This document shows positions 32,156 through 44,491 of a DNA stretch of 64,000 nucleotides, in pieces. The translations under genes were made by a program, and so were the position numbers. The notes under the pieces are model-generated. The model saw nothing but the letters and a program-made list of their open reading frames with translations. It was not told where the DNA came from and searched no databases. Position 1 is the stretch's first letter, and every line of letters starts with the position of its first letter. The DNA comes from Okamejei kenojei (Eukaryota). The stretch spans positions 15,066,001-15,130,000 of the forward strand of contig CM069134.1 of assembly GCA_035221665.1 (NCBI GenBank), written 5' to 3'.

Positions 32156-33130
32156 CGTTTAGTTTTTCTTTGTTTGAGAGATACAGTGCGGAAACAGGCC
32201 CTTTGGCCCACCGAGATCGCGCCGACCAGCGATCCCCGCACATTAACACCATCCTACACACACTAGTGACAATTTACACATACAACAAGCCAATTAACCT
32301 ACATACCTGTACGTCTTTGGAGATCTCAGAGAAAATCCACACGGTCACTGGGAGAACGTACAAACTCCATACAGACAGCACTGTAATGGGTCTACAGCGC
32401 TGTAATGGGCCTGTCCCACTTAGGCGACTTTTTAGGCGACTTCAGGAGACTATGCAGTCGCCACATATTCGCGGGTGGTTGCCGGGGAGTCGCCTTCATG
32501 GTCGTGAGGAGTTCCTGCATTCTGGGAACCAGTCGCGGCCTCATTATGGTCGCCGCAAGAGTAGCGAGAATTCTTGTGCCGTACGTGTAGTGGCAGTGTG
32601 TTGCCAGGAGATCGAAGGTCGTCGTAAGTTCTCGTAGGTTGTAGGCGGTGCTGACCAGTGAATTTCATTGGCTCATTGGGGAATACATAAACAGTAGTTT
32701 TCAGAAACAAGGGTAATATTAATGTCCTCCGAACTTCACTGCTGTGTGTCTCTTGCGTCGTAAAAATTGTTTCCACTCCTTCTTCCCCTTACTCTCCCCT
32801 TTCTCCCCCCCCCCTCTTTTAAAGGACTTACGTGACCCTTCCCGTATACTGTGCTTTCACCATCTTAATTACAGCGCCAACCTTCCAGTTCATCGTGGTG
32901 TGTGGCTGTACCACATTGGCTTTGCACCATGTGAATTTCAGTCAGACAGTGCTCCCACCGCTTGCCCTGTCCCCCGCCTGCATAACGGGCTGGTGAAGGA
33001 AGCAATGTGTGTGTGCGTGTTTCACTCTGACTGTCGCCACTCCAGTCGCTGGTTTTTCAGTCGCTGGCATTCGCCTGAAAAATCGCTTAAGTGGGACAGG
33101 CCCATAAGGCCGCAACTCTACCCCTGCACC
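32156..33130 (-). mobile_element. HE1-like V-SINE (32156-32405 plus 33105-33130) interrupted by a Harbinger-type element
   Basis: The head rejoins as GCGCTGTAA|GGCCGCAACTCTACC, matching 40585-40610. Confidence 0.8.
32406..33104. mobile_element. PIF/Harbinger-type non-autonomous element, 699 bp
   Basis: TIRs TGGGCCTGTCCCACTTA / TAAGTGGGACAGGCCCA; TAA TSD at 32403-32405 and 33105-33107. Confidence 0.9.
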
Positions 33131-33444
33131 CCCTTTATGTGAAAACGTTACCCCTTTCAGATTCCGATTAAATCTATTCCCCTTCACCATAAACCTATGT
33201 CCTCTGGTCCTCGATTCACCTACTCTGTGCATCTCCCCGATCTATTCCTCTCATGATTTTATACACTTCTATAAGATCACTCTTCATCCTCCAGCACTCC
33301 AGGGAATAGAGTCCCAGCCGACTCAACCTCTCCCTATGGCTCACACCCTCTAGTCCTGGCAACATCCTTGTAAATCTTCTCTGTACCCTTTCCAACTTGA
33401 CCACATCTTTCCTTGGTGCCCAGAATTGAACACAATAATTGAGG

Positions 33445-35230
33445 GCAGACACACCTCCTCCTTCTTATCCTTGGACCATGGACCCCCAGACAAGCACCAG
33501 GCCACTCTCTCAAGCACCATCACTGGCTTCATCACTTCCAGCTCCCTGCCCTCACAAGCCTCCAACCTCATCGTTCCCCAGCCCCGCACGGCCCGATTTT
33601 ACCTTCTCCCCAAAATCCACAAACCTGACTGTCCTGGCAGACCCATTGTTTCTGCCTGTTCTTGTCCCACTGAACTTATTTTCACATACCTCGACTCCAT
33701 CCTATCCCCCCCGGTCAAATCCCTCCCTACCTATGTCCAAGACACCTCACACGCTCTTCGTCTCCTCCACGACTTCCGTTTTCCAGGTCCCCACTCCCTC
33801 ATCTTCACCATGGATGTCCAGTCACTCTACACCATCCCCCACCAGGAGGGTCTTAAAGCCCTCCGTTTCTTCCTTGACCGCAGAACCAACCAATCCCCAT
33901 CTGTTAATACTCTCCTGTTCGAGGTGTATTCTGGCCTTATCCCTAAACTGTACCTCCACTACATCGATGACTGCATTGGTGCTACCTCCTGCACCCACAC
34001 ACAACTCACTGACTTCATCCATTTCACCACTAACTTCCATCCGGCACTCAAATACACCTGGACCATTTCCAACATCTCCCTACCATTTCTAGACCTCACT
34101 ATCTCCATCGCACGTAACAGACTACTGACCGACATCTACTACAAACCCACTGACTCCTACGATTACACTTCTTCCCAACCTGCTTCCTGTAAGGACTTTA
34201 TTCTCTGCTCCCAATTCCTCCATCTACACCGCATCTGCACCCAGGATGACGTGTCCTCATTCTTTAGAGAATGGGGGTTCCCCTCTTCGACTTCCCACGC
34301 AAACGACCCCCTCCCCTGGTACTTTCCCTTGCAACCACAGGAAATGCTACACTTGTCGCTTTACCTCCCCCCTCGACCCCATCCAAGCACCTAAGCAGTC
34401 TTTCCAGGTGTGGCAGAGGTTCACCTGCATCTCCTCCAACCTCATCCATTGCATCCGGTGTCAACTGCTCTACATTGGTGAGACCAAGCGCAGCCTTGCC
34501 GATCGCTTCGCCCAACACCAATTAAGATTGAGGTGAGAAAAAACTTTTTCACCCAGAGAGTTGTGAATTTGTGGAATTCCCTGCCACAGAGGGCAGTGGA
34601 GGCCAAAACACTGGATGGATTTAAGAGAGAGTTAGAGCTCTAGGGGCTAGTGGAATCAAGGGATATGGGGAGAAGGCAGGCACGGGTTATTGATAGTGGA
34701 CGATCAGCCATGATCACAATGAGTGGAGGTGCTGGCTTGAAGGGCCAAATGGCCTCCTCCTGCACCTGTTTTCTATGTTTCTAACACCTCCGCTCAGTTT
34801 GCATTAACCAATCTGATCTCCCAGTGGGTCAGCTCATTAACTCCCCATCCCAGTCCGAATCTGACCTTTCTGTCCTGGGCCTCCTCCATGGCCAGAGTGA
34901 GGCCCAGTGCAAATTGGAGGAGCAGTACTTCATATTTCGCTTGGGAAGTTTACACCCCAGCAGTATGAACATTGACTTCTCCAATTTCAGGTAGTCCTTG
35001 CTTTTTCCTACCTTCCCCTCCCCTTCCCAGCTCTCCCACAGACTACTGTCTCTACCTCCTCCTTAGTTTTTCCCGCCCCCCCCCCCCCTCCACCTCATTA
35101 GTCCGAAGAAAGGCCTTGACCCGAAACATCACCTATTGCTTCACTCCATAGATGCTGCCTCACCCGCTGAGTTTCTCCAGCATTTTTGTCTACCTCCGAT
35201 TTTTCCAGCATCTGCAGTTCTTTCCTAAAC
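33445..35230 (+). mobile_element. Penelope-like retroelement: RT plus GIY-YIG endonuclease pseudogene and terminal repeat
   Basis: ORF 33426-34394: FYLLPKIHK..CPGRPIVS, TMDVQSLYT, YIDD, LPFLDL, YYKPTD. ORF 34246-34536: C..C...LYIGETKRSLADRFAQH. Terminal repeat at 35100-35230. Confidence 0.92.
34520..34782 (+). mobile_element. CR1 3' fragment inserted in the Penelope endonuclease region
   Basis: Near-identical to 14230-14496; TSD AACACC at 34514-34519 and 34783-34788. Confidence 0.88.
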
Positions 35231-35554
35231 AATAATGGAGGGGCTTACCAAAGTAAAGTCTCGGCTTTGTCACCACATGTACTATGAAGTGGTCATTTCA
35301 TCCACATTCTACAGGTAGATCAGTGAGTCTGAGGTAAGAACGTTTTTCACCTCATTATCCTCTCACTACCTGCTGCAGGCCACTCCAATAGTGATTGACT
35401 ATCGGTTACCTTGGTATGTGGGGATCTAACCGAGTACCAGGTCCTTTTTAATGTAATGGAGACCAAATGGTTCATCTATTATATGTGCTGTAACTTATTA
35501 GATGTTCTACAATTCAAAGCCAACTTTGATGCAAAAGTTATAGAACATAGAACA

Positions 35555-36370
35555 TTCAAAGTCAAAGTCAAAAGAGTTTATTGTCATGTGTCCCTGACAG
35601 GACAATGAAATTCTTTCTTTGCATAGCACGACAGAACATCGTAGGCATTGACTTCAATTATATACTTAAATACACACATTAATTAATAAATTAATAAAAT
35701 GCAAGTAACAGATGGAGAGGTATTAATGTTCAGAGTTTTGTCCGAGCCAGGTTTAATAGCCTGATGGCTGTGGGGAAGTAGCTATTCCTGAACCGGGTTG
35801 TTGCAGTTCTCAGGCTCCTGTACCTTCTACCCGAAGGTAGCAGGGGGATGAGTGTGTGGCCAGGGTGGTGTGGGTCCTTGATGATGCTGCCAGCCTTTTT
35901 GAGGCAGCGACTGTGCTAGATCCCCTCGATGGAAGGAAGGTCAGAGCCGATGATGGACTGGGCAGTGTTTACTACTTTTTGTAGTCTTTTCCTCTCCAGG
36001 GCACTCAAGTTGCCGAACCAAGCCACGATGCAACCGGTCAGCAAGCTCTCTACTGTGCACCTGTAGAGGTTAGAGAGAGTCCTCCTTGATAGACCGACTC
36101 TCCATAATCTTCTCAGGAAGTAGAGGCGCTGATGAGCTTTCTTAATAATTGCATCTGTGATCTCGGACCAGGAAAGATCTTCACAGATGTGCACGCCCAG
36201 GAATTTGAAGCTCTTGACCCTTTCAACCATCGACCCGTTGATATAAACAGGACTGTGAGTCCCCATCCTACTCCTTCCAAAGTCCACAATCAGTTCCTTG
36301 ATTTTGCTGGTGTTGAGGGCCAGGTTATTGTGCTGGCACCATATGGACAGTCGCTCGATCTCTCTTCTGC
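35555..36370 (-). mobile_element. Rex-Babar-like LINE 3' fragment
   Basis: ORF 35916-36374: WCQHNNLALNTSK.KELIVDF...FKFLGVHI..DLSW...KKAHQRLYFLRRL...YRCTVESLLTGCIVAWFGN; (TTTGAC)n tail. Confidence 0.85.
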
Positions 36371-36689
36371 GCATTCCAGCACAGGAGCAGGCATTTTAGA
36401 CCACAATCTCTGTAACAGAATGTCATATTAAACTAATCTCCTCTGATCCATGTTCCTCCATTCCCCGCATATCCATGTGCCTAACTAAAAGCCTCGTAAA
36501 TGCCACTACCGTATCAGCTTCCAACATCACCCAGACAGCAAGTTTTAGATGTCCACTGCACTCTGTAAATACGTCGCCCTGCACATCTCCTTATATTCTC
36601 ATATCTCTTATATTCTCACCACCTGAAATCAAATAATTTTGTGTGCGAAATCTATTCTAGAATGCGAAACACAAAATCTATGTTGCCCC

Positions 36690-36810
36690 TCAGTACACAT
36701 TGAAGAGGTGCCCATCTTTGGATGTGATTTTAAACCGAGATCCCTTGTCAGCACAAAGACAAATCTATTAAGGATCTTCAGAGAAGAATTCTCCAACCAG
36801 AATATTGCTG
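36690..36810 (+). mobile_element. Possible Deu-domain SINE fragment
   Basis: GAGGTGCCCATCTTTGGATGTGATTTTAAACCGAG resembles the Deu core GAGGTGCCGTCTTTCGGATGAGACGTTAAACCGAG (recalled, not aligned). Confidence 0.45.
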
Positions 36811-37064
36811 AGGAGCTCTGGAAAGAGGAACAAAGAGGTTGCTGTCGAACTGTGTCATTTTCTTCAGCATCAACTTCAGCTGTCACACAGCAGAGTTGTC
36901 ACAATTAGCTTCAACCTTTATGTCATCATGAACATCTTTCAAGCTGCAAAAATGGACATTAACAAATTTCACGAAGCAATAGACATTATTGTTACACCAA
37001 ACATATTTTCCAATTAACACTGTGCAAGGCTTTGCCTGCAAAGTGCAAGATACCATTGTCAATC

Positions 37065-37610
37065 AGTTGAGTTTATTGTCACGTGTACCGAGGTACAGTG
37101 AAAAGCTATGGTTGCGTGCTACCCAGTCAGTGGAAAGACACTGCATGATTACAATCAAGCCATTTACAGTGCACAGATGCATGATAAGGGAATAAGTATT
37201 AGTGCAAGGTAAAGCCAGTAAAGTCTGTCCAACGATAGTCCGAGGGTCACCAATGAGGCCGATCGTAGTTCAGGACTGCTCTCTAGTCTGCACAAACAAT
37301 GCATGTATGCTCTTTAACATTAGAATATTAAGCAATAACAATAGACAATGCTGGAGTAGGCCATTTGGCCCTTCAAGCAAGCACCGCCATTCAATGTGAT
37401 CATAGCTGATCATCCACAATCAGTACTCCGTTCCTGCCTTCTCCCCATATCCCCTGACTCCGTTATTTTTAAGAGCTCTATCTAGCTCTCTCTTGAAAGC
37501 ATCCAGAGAACCTGCCTCCACTGCCTTCTGAGGCAGAGAATTTCACAGACTCACCATTCTCTGTGAGAAAAAGTGTTTCCTCGTCTCCGTTCAAAATGGC
37601 GTACTCCTTA
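37065..37610 (-). mobile_element. Rex-Babar-like tail (37065-37290) and CR1 3' fragment (37335-37610)
   Basis: Match 60510-60740 and 10222-10500 respectively. Confidence 0.8.
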
Positions 37611-39243
37611 AACCCCTGTCTCACGGAGCGAGTCGACCCACGAGTGATCCCAAATTTAAAACAAATTAAACTGGTTGTAATCACGTACAATTAACGTAGC
37701 GGGATCGTCGGAACTCGTGGACGCAACTTAGCGACTTGTGGCGCTAACGACAGGTACCCGGGAAACGTGTTAACTCATGAAAAATGTTAAACATGTTTAA
37801 AGATTTCCACGTGTCAAATTTAGTCTTGAAGTTAAAATTTGACACATTTAAACTCGTTGTAAGAACGTAGTGGCCCGTGAGTTTACCATAGTGACTCTTG
37901 AGTCTACCGTGGGTTTGGCCTGAGTGCCAGAAGTGAAATGTTGAAGATTAGTCCGATCTTAATGGAAAATGAATGGATGGATGGATGGATAGGGGTCTGA
38001 AATTAACTTAGATACTTGCGATGGGAGAGAGCCGCCGAGGAAGCTGAAGGTACAGATGGGGGCTCAAGCATTGATGGGAAGGGTTAACACCGGGCGGGAC
38101 ACGTGAAAAGTGACCGTACTGAGGGAATTCCCACGTATATGAAGCAGAGAGAAACGTGCGTTCTACATAGATATGGTTTGAGCCAGCGAGGAGACATTTC
38201 TTCAGATAATGATTTTACAATGTGAGGTGACATTATAAGCCATGGGATATAGACACAAAATGCTGGAGTAACTCAGCGGGGCAGACAGCATCTCTGGAAA
38301 AAAAGGAATTGGTGACGTTCTCCCCGTGACCTGCGTGGGTTTTCTCCGAGATCCCCCCACACTCCAAAGACGTACAGGTTTGTAGGTTAATTTGCTTGGT
38401 GAATGTAAAAATGTCCATAATGGGTGTAGGATGGTGTTAGTGTGTGAGGATCGCTGGTCGGCACGGACCCCGTGTTCCGAAGGGCCTGTTTCCTCTCTGT
38501 ATCTCTAAACTAAACTAACAGGGGAGAACACTGGACCTTCTTGGTCAGTTTATTATTTTACACTTATATACATTACACAGATCACGGAGTGTGAAATAAA
38601 GCTGGCAAGCCGAGGTCATGCAAGAAACGGAGGAAAACGGGAGACGATTTTATTCAGCAACTCCGTTCTGGCAGAACATCTATCCTGTGTTAAGAAACCT
38701 AACTTTCAGGGGATTTAAATCTTGAGTTCAACTTCTACCTGAATTTAATCGATTTACAAAAGCTTTGAAGTTCTCCCTGCAGACCGTTTCTTAAACACCT
38801 TTACGTTTTGCGCTTTGTTTGACAGCCAAGTACTTTAAATGCCATTTATTGCATTGTAGCAATGATGGGCAACGATTTGATAAAAGGGGTTAATTACATG
38901 ACAAGAGAAGCATGCAGCTACATGAGAGACACGGAGAAGCTGATCATCGGGGCAGTTCTGTCCATGCCCATGGGAGGCTTTTTATCGTAAAAAAAACAAC
39001 TGCATGACATTTTTATCCATGTGATGATTTTTCCACACGTTGTTGTTGTTGGCTCAAGAGTAACTCGGGAGAGGAACTTGGTACATCGCAGAAATTAGAA
39101 GTAAACGGCAAACTTAGACATACACGTGGGAACTCATTTAAACTTGTGAACATAAACTTGGAATCTCGTAGACAACCACGAGTTTGATATTTTCTTTCAC
39201 TCGGGATCACTCGTGGGTGGACTCGCATCGTGAGACAGGGGCT
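37611..39243. mobile_element. 1.63-kb PIF/Harbinger-type non-autonomous element containing a Penelope/SINE chimeric insert (about 38245-38520)
   Basis: About 40-bp TIRs AACCCCTGTCTCACG..GCGAGTC.ACCCACGAGTGATCCC / GGGATCACTCGTGGGTGGACTCGC..CGTGAGACAGGGGCT; TTA TSD at 37608-37610 and 39244-39246. Confidence 0.85.
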
Positions 39244-40302
39244 TTATTATTCCTGAATGTTCAGAAGTTACTGTATACCTGTCACATTAGCACACAGTCC
39301 TTACAGTGGTCACAACCCTATCATCTTGCTTTGGTAAAGGGTGATGACTGATCAACAAGGGCAATGGCCAAACACTGCTCATAACCAAAGTTAGCAGCTC
39401 AGGCATAACAGCTCAATGGTGACAGTCACAAGGAACACCATTGAGCAGAGAACGTGACTGGACCGAAGGTTGGATCTCACTGGCTAAACCTGATGATTCT
39501 GAACCACTGATGCTCAGGATTTTAAATGGCAGGGAATCTATGACTTCTGTGCTGGTTGCCATGTGTGAATGTTTGCTCCATTAGTAGCCTTCAGATGAAT
39601 ATCAGCAGTGGTGCCTGGTCTTGCTGTGGATGCCCAGAATAGTCTTGCTCCAGTCTTACTGATTGAGATGAGCATTATAGGACCCAGGATCAGGAGGAAA
39701 GGGCAAAAGAAACAAACTCACTTTCCTAATTATTTTAATGTGGCTTAATGTTTTTAACTATCGATGAGTTTGGGTATTTTAAGTTAACATTATTCAGCTT
39801 TACATTTAATATTTTTTTATTTTTTTATTATTTGCTTCAAGGTAATTTGTTTAAACCACCTCTGGATTCATGGATGTTTACAAACTATTAAATGATGTTC
39901 ACAAATTTTAATAGTAGCAAAACTGAGGATTGGGCATTGTTTGGGCAGTTCTGGTGGGTGTGAGTCTACTCAGGTGTCCATGTTGGAATCCAGGATGCTT
40001 TACCCCAACAATACAGGCCCCATTGCATTGGGTCGAGAGAAGACGGATATGAGGGGTGAGCAAGCAGTGAATCTGAATGGGATAGGGTAGAATGGGATAG
40101 CGAGACCGGTAAGATCTGGCCTTTGCTGTATCACTGATCAGTGTCAAGGTTTAGGAATCCTCACTATTACAAAGGGTTTCACCATTATAAAGGGTTTTCT
40201 TCATCCCAGTAAAACGATGAAAAAAGTGAAATAAAAGGATCATAGTCAAGGCTCACATTTATTGCCGATTCTTAACTGGCCTTGAAAAAATATTAGTGAC
40301 CA

Positions 40303-40627
40303 TTTAGTTTAGTTTCGTTTTAGAGATACAGCATGGGAACAGGCCCTTCGGCCCACTGGGTCCGCGCCGATCAACGATCCCCGCACATTAACACTATCTT
40401 ACACCCACTAGGGATAATTTTTACATTTACCAAGTCAATTAACCTATAAACCTGTACGTCTTTGGAGTGTGGGAGGAAACCGAAGATCTCAGAGAAAACC
40501 CACGCAGGTCACGGGGAGAATGTACAAACTGCGTACAGGCAAGCACCCGTAGCCAGGATCGAACCGGGTCTCTGACGCTGCAAGCACTGTAAGGCCGCAA
40601 CTGTACCGCTACGCCACGGTGCTGCCC
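40303..40627 (-). mobile_element. HE1-like V-SINE, full length
   Basis: Minus head GGGGCAGCACCGTGGCGTAGCGGTA, B-box GGTTCGATCC, V-domain and CR1-like tail. Confidence 0.9.
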
Positions 40628-41350
40628 CATTAATCATGTGGAATGAACTTTCACTTATCTTTCTCTTGCATCAAGACCTCTGGTGTAGCATTTGATATTT
40701 TTGACGGCAGCTATCTTCTCACAGCAGAGAGTTTTTCCATAGTGGACAAGCAGTTCCCAGAGGTGGTTGTGATCACAATGAACCTCCAATGTAAGAGTTC
40801 CTTGCTATCTTTAAGTCGATTTGTAGACTCCCAAATTTGCCGCCCATCCCCATTTTTGTCTGTTGGTCCAGTCAGTATATGCTGATCATCATAGTGATCA
40901 GAATAAATCAGAATATAGAATAAATGTGCAAGTAATCAGAAGCACGAGTTAATCTGGCATCACTTGCCCTCACTAATCAATTTTACCCCTTATATACTTT
41001 ATTTATAATTTAACATGAACTAGCTGCTTAAATTTTTGAAATTAGAATTATAATTCCTAGCATTTTGAAGAAAATAATATTTAAAAATATGGATGGATGG
41101 ACCTGACCAACATTTTCTCTATTTTCTGTTGACAGGCACTTATCCACTCACAAGTAACATAGCCATTTCATGCATAACCTGTTTTACTAGAAAAATAGTA
41201 TGAATAACAAAAGGTTAAAGTATTTGGAAATAATGTGTTCAGAATCAGGAAAGAGCAATTCACTCAATTTAGTTGTAAATACCTGACTCACACAGGTTAA
41301 GGTAGAAGCATCTTTATTGTTCATTCCATTATCATATAAGAAGTACATCA

Positions 41351-44232
41351 TGCATTGAAATGTTCCGCAGGTTTAGTAGGTCCAGGTAGACTTCGGATTT
41401 TGCTAGGTGGGAGTGCTCCATGAGTTGTTTAGCGCTTCGAACAGCACATTCAGCAAGTCCGTTGGACTGTGGGTACTCTGGGCTGCTAGTGACGGGTTGG
41501 AAGTTCCACCGTTTGACAAAGGTCTTGAACTTTTGACTGGTGAATTGAGTTCCGTTGTCAGTTTGAAGGCGGACGGGAGCACCATGATCGGACAGGTGGA
41601 TTGACAGTTTCTGGATCACGATTTCAGAGGTTATCGTGGACAGTAGGTCAATTTTGAACCAACCCGAGTAGGAGTCTACCAGGACAAGGTAGTGCTTCCC
41701 TGCCATTCAAAGATGTCGGCGGCCAGTGACGACCACGGAAGGGAGGGAGCCGGCTGGGGCAGGAGGGGCAGCATGGATGGGCTTGTTTAGGATGGTGACC
41801 AGTGGCTGCTGGTCAGTCTCGACAGTGAAGGTTTTGCCAAATATAAAGTCTTTGAATTTTGAACAGGCAAAAACGACGGCGAGCAGTTCCTTCTCGATTT
41901 GGGCATAGCGTTCGTTGTTCAGTGTCTGTTAAGGTGTGTGATGCATAGGAGACAGGCATCACGTCGCCATCAGTAGTTGTTTGTAGGCACGCTGCGCCTA
42001 GTCCTTACTGGGATGCATCGCAGGTAACGGTGATTGGCAGGTTGAGGTTGAAGTATGCCAGTGTTGGTGCGCTGGCCAGCTGGAGCTTCAGTGTCTCAAA
42101 GGCTCTTTGGTGCTGGGGGTACCAGGGCCATGTATTGTCTTTGTCGGTCAGTTGTCGCAGGGGGGGGAGAAAGTTCGCTGAGGTTCGGAATGAATTTGCC
42201 CAGGTAGTTAACCATGCCGAGAAATCGTTGCAAGCTGGTGACGTCGGTTGGAACTGGCAGTTCGTTGACTGCCGAGGCTGCAGTCTTTAACGGATCAGGT
42301 TTTAATCTGTTGCTGGTGAATATGTAGGTGACTTCTGGATCCCGGAACTTGCACTTAAGAGGGTTGAGTTTAAGGTTGATGTGTCTGGCATGGTTTAGTA
42401 TCTTCTTTAAGTTGGGGTCATGCTCAGCCAGATCACGGCCGTAGACCAGGATGTCATCAGCAACGATGGCACATGGATATTCTGCGAACAGTTGAAATAC
42501 CTCGCTGGCTGAGTTGATGCCAAAGGGCATTCTTGCAAATCTGTAGCGGCCAAATGGTGTGGCAAAAGTTGTTAGAGCAAATGATGCCCGGTCCAGTGGT
42601 ATTTGCCAGAAGGAGCTTTTGGCATCAAGGACCGGGAATACCATTGCGTTTACAATTTATGCCGCCACGTCTTCAGTTGTTCTCATCGGGTAGTGTGGGC
42701 GTTTAATTGCTGTGTTTAAATCTTTGGGGCTGATGCAGACCCGCAGCTCTTCTTTGTTTTTCTTGGTGGTTATGGCCATGGCGGAGGGTTCGCTGACCTC
42801 GGCGATGACTCCGATGGAGACCATGCGTTTCAGTTCGGTGTGTATTCTTTCACGCATGCCATGGGGAACACGGTTGGGTGGTCGAACCACTGGTGTCACT
42901 GTAGGGTCTACAGTGATTCTGTAAATCGTGGGCAGCTTGCCAAGTTTGTCGTCGAACAAGTCCTTGTACTGCGATAGCAACTGCTGAGTCGGCTCCTCTG
43001 TCAGGCATAGTTTGTGGACAGCACGTCCGAAATAGACCAGTCCTAGGTCATGGCATGCACTGATGCCAAGCAGGGTTTTGCTCATTGACAGCTCATTCAG
43101 ATCTGCTTTTCCCAGAGGGTGAAGGACCTCCCCCCACACCCCCACCCCCGTAGGCATGCAGGGTCAATGAATCCTTTTTCATCAGTTCAGTGCTCCTGAT
43201 CTTGTTGAACTCTCTGAGTGACATTACGTTGACCTTTGCACCCATGTCGACCTTGGCGGTCAGGGCCTTGTTGTTTATCACCATGGTCACTGCACGGTCC
43301 AGCAGTTTGCCTGAGGAGCGCAGGAGAGATAGTGCAGCTGAGTCATTGTCTGTGTAATCGGAATCGTTCCCATGGAAAGCATCGTCGTGTTCTTGAGAAT
43401 GCGAGTCAGACAGTTCTTGTTGAAGCTGGTGCAGATTTGTCCTTGAGGCAGTGTTCCCACGAGATCGACATCATGTAGCAAAGTGATTATGCTTCTTGCA
43501 GTTGTGACAAACTTTCCCATGGGCGACGCAGAACTGGCATGAAAATAATTGCAGTTTGGGCATCTCGTGGCAGGCACATTAGGATCTTTGCGAGGCGCAT
43601 TAAAAAAATTCCGGGGAGAGTAGTTGGCCAGATTTACGTTATGTTGCTGTTGAGAGCTGGCAGGGTCAAAATCTGCTCGCGGGGCCACGACCTCAGCCAT
43701 GCGGCACGAATTAATGGCGATCTAAAGTCAGTTCAGTGTTCCGAAGCAGTTCTGTTCTCAGCTTGCGGTCGCTCATTCCCCCCACAATCTTGTCACGTAC
43801 TAGTTTATTAGTTAACTCACCAAAATGGCATTGTGTAGCCATGTCGTAAGTCGCTGATAAATCTTTCGCCAGGTTCGTGGACCTGCTGCTGTCGGGCGAA
43901 GAGCCATGTTCTCTCAAAGATGTGGTTCGAAGGCAGATCGCGTAGCTCTCTAATCTTTCTTAGTAGGACTGTCGGGTTATAGATAGTTTCTGCTGGCACC
44001 AGGTCCTGACCATTAGCGTCGAGGTATGCCGGGGCGAACTCAAAGTTGTCTGCACGGATCATTGCTTCTAGACCCGCTAGATTGAGCAGTAGCGATGCCT
44101 TCAGATCATCGGGGTCCATTCCGGTGAACGATGCGCATGTAGTGAGCATAGTCACGTTCAAACATTCGTCAGCACTTGGCTCTGTCAGAGTCAAAGACGA
44201 GGGGACTCAGCTTTTGGCAGGAGTTAGCCATG
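41351..44232 (-). pseudogene. Gypsy gag-pol remnants
   Basis: gag (43287-44194; LVRDKIVGG, Cys/His knuckle CPNCNYFH), protease KVDMGAKVNV, RT VLDAKSSFWQI / MPFGI / IVADD / LQRFLGMVNYL, integrase LVDSYSGW / TDNGTQF / PEYPQSNGLAE; multiple frameshifts and stops. Confidence 0.9.
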
Positions 44233-44308
44233 TCGTTGAAAAACAATCACAAATAAAAACTGATAAAGAAAATAAATCGCGGTTAACAGACGAGGGTTGG
44301 ACCCAGTT

Positions 44309-44319
44309 TTCTGACACCA
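44309..44319 (-). promoter_or_regulatory. Primer-binding site, probably tRNA-Leu
   Basis: TGGTGTCAGAA directly abuts the 5' LTR end; complementary to the ...UUCUGACACCA 3' end of a tRNA-Leu. Confidence 0.75.
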
Positions 44320-44491
44320 TGTAAATACCTGACTCTCACACAGGTTAAGGTATATGCATCTTTAATGTTCATTCCATTATCACATAAGCAGTACATCAAT
44401 ACATTCAGTCTGCTGCAGCTACTGAAGACAGTAGGCAAGTTCTTACACTATTAAGCATGCATTAGGCAGAGTTATAATTACTAAGCATTCT

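Larger units (their letters stand above)
31945..33440 (-). mobile_element. CR1 3' fragment (31945-32155 plus 33130-33440) interrupted by a SINE
   Basis: ORF 33216-33452 YCVQFWAP..DVVKLERVQRRFTRMLPG; the 3' UTR rejoins across the insert. Confidence 0.85.

Noticed and set aside
38560-39000. Possible Harbinger transposase remnant inside 37611-39243
   Set aside because: No convincing DDE or Myb motifs in the translations I could read; profile searches would be needed.
40540-40627. tRNA-like sequence with A and B boxes (also at about 19835, 25545 and 59745)
   Set aside because: These are SINE heads continuous with the V-domain, not tRNA genes.
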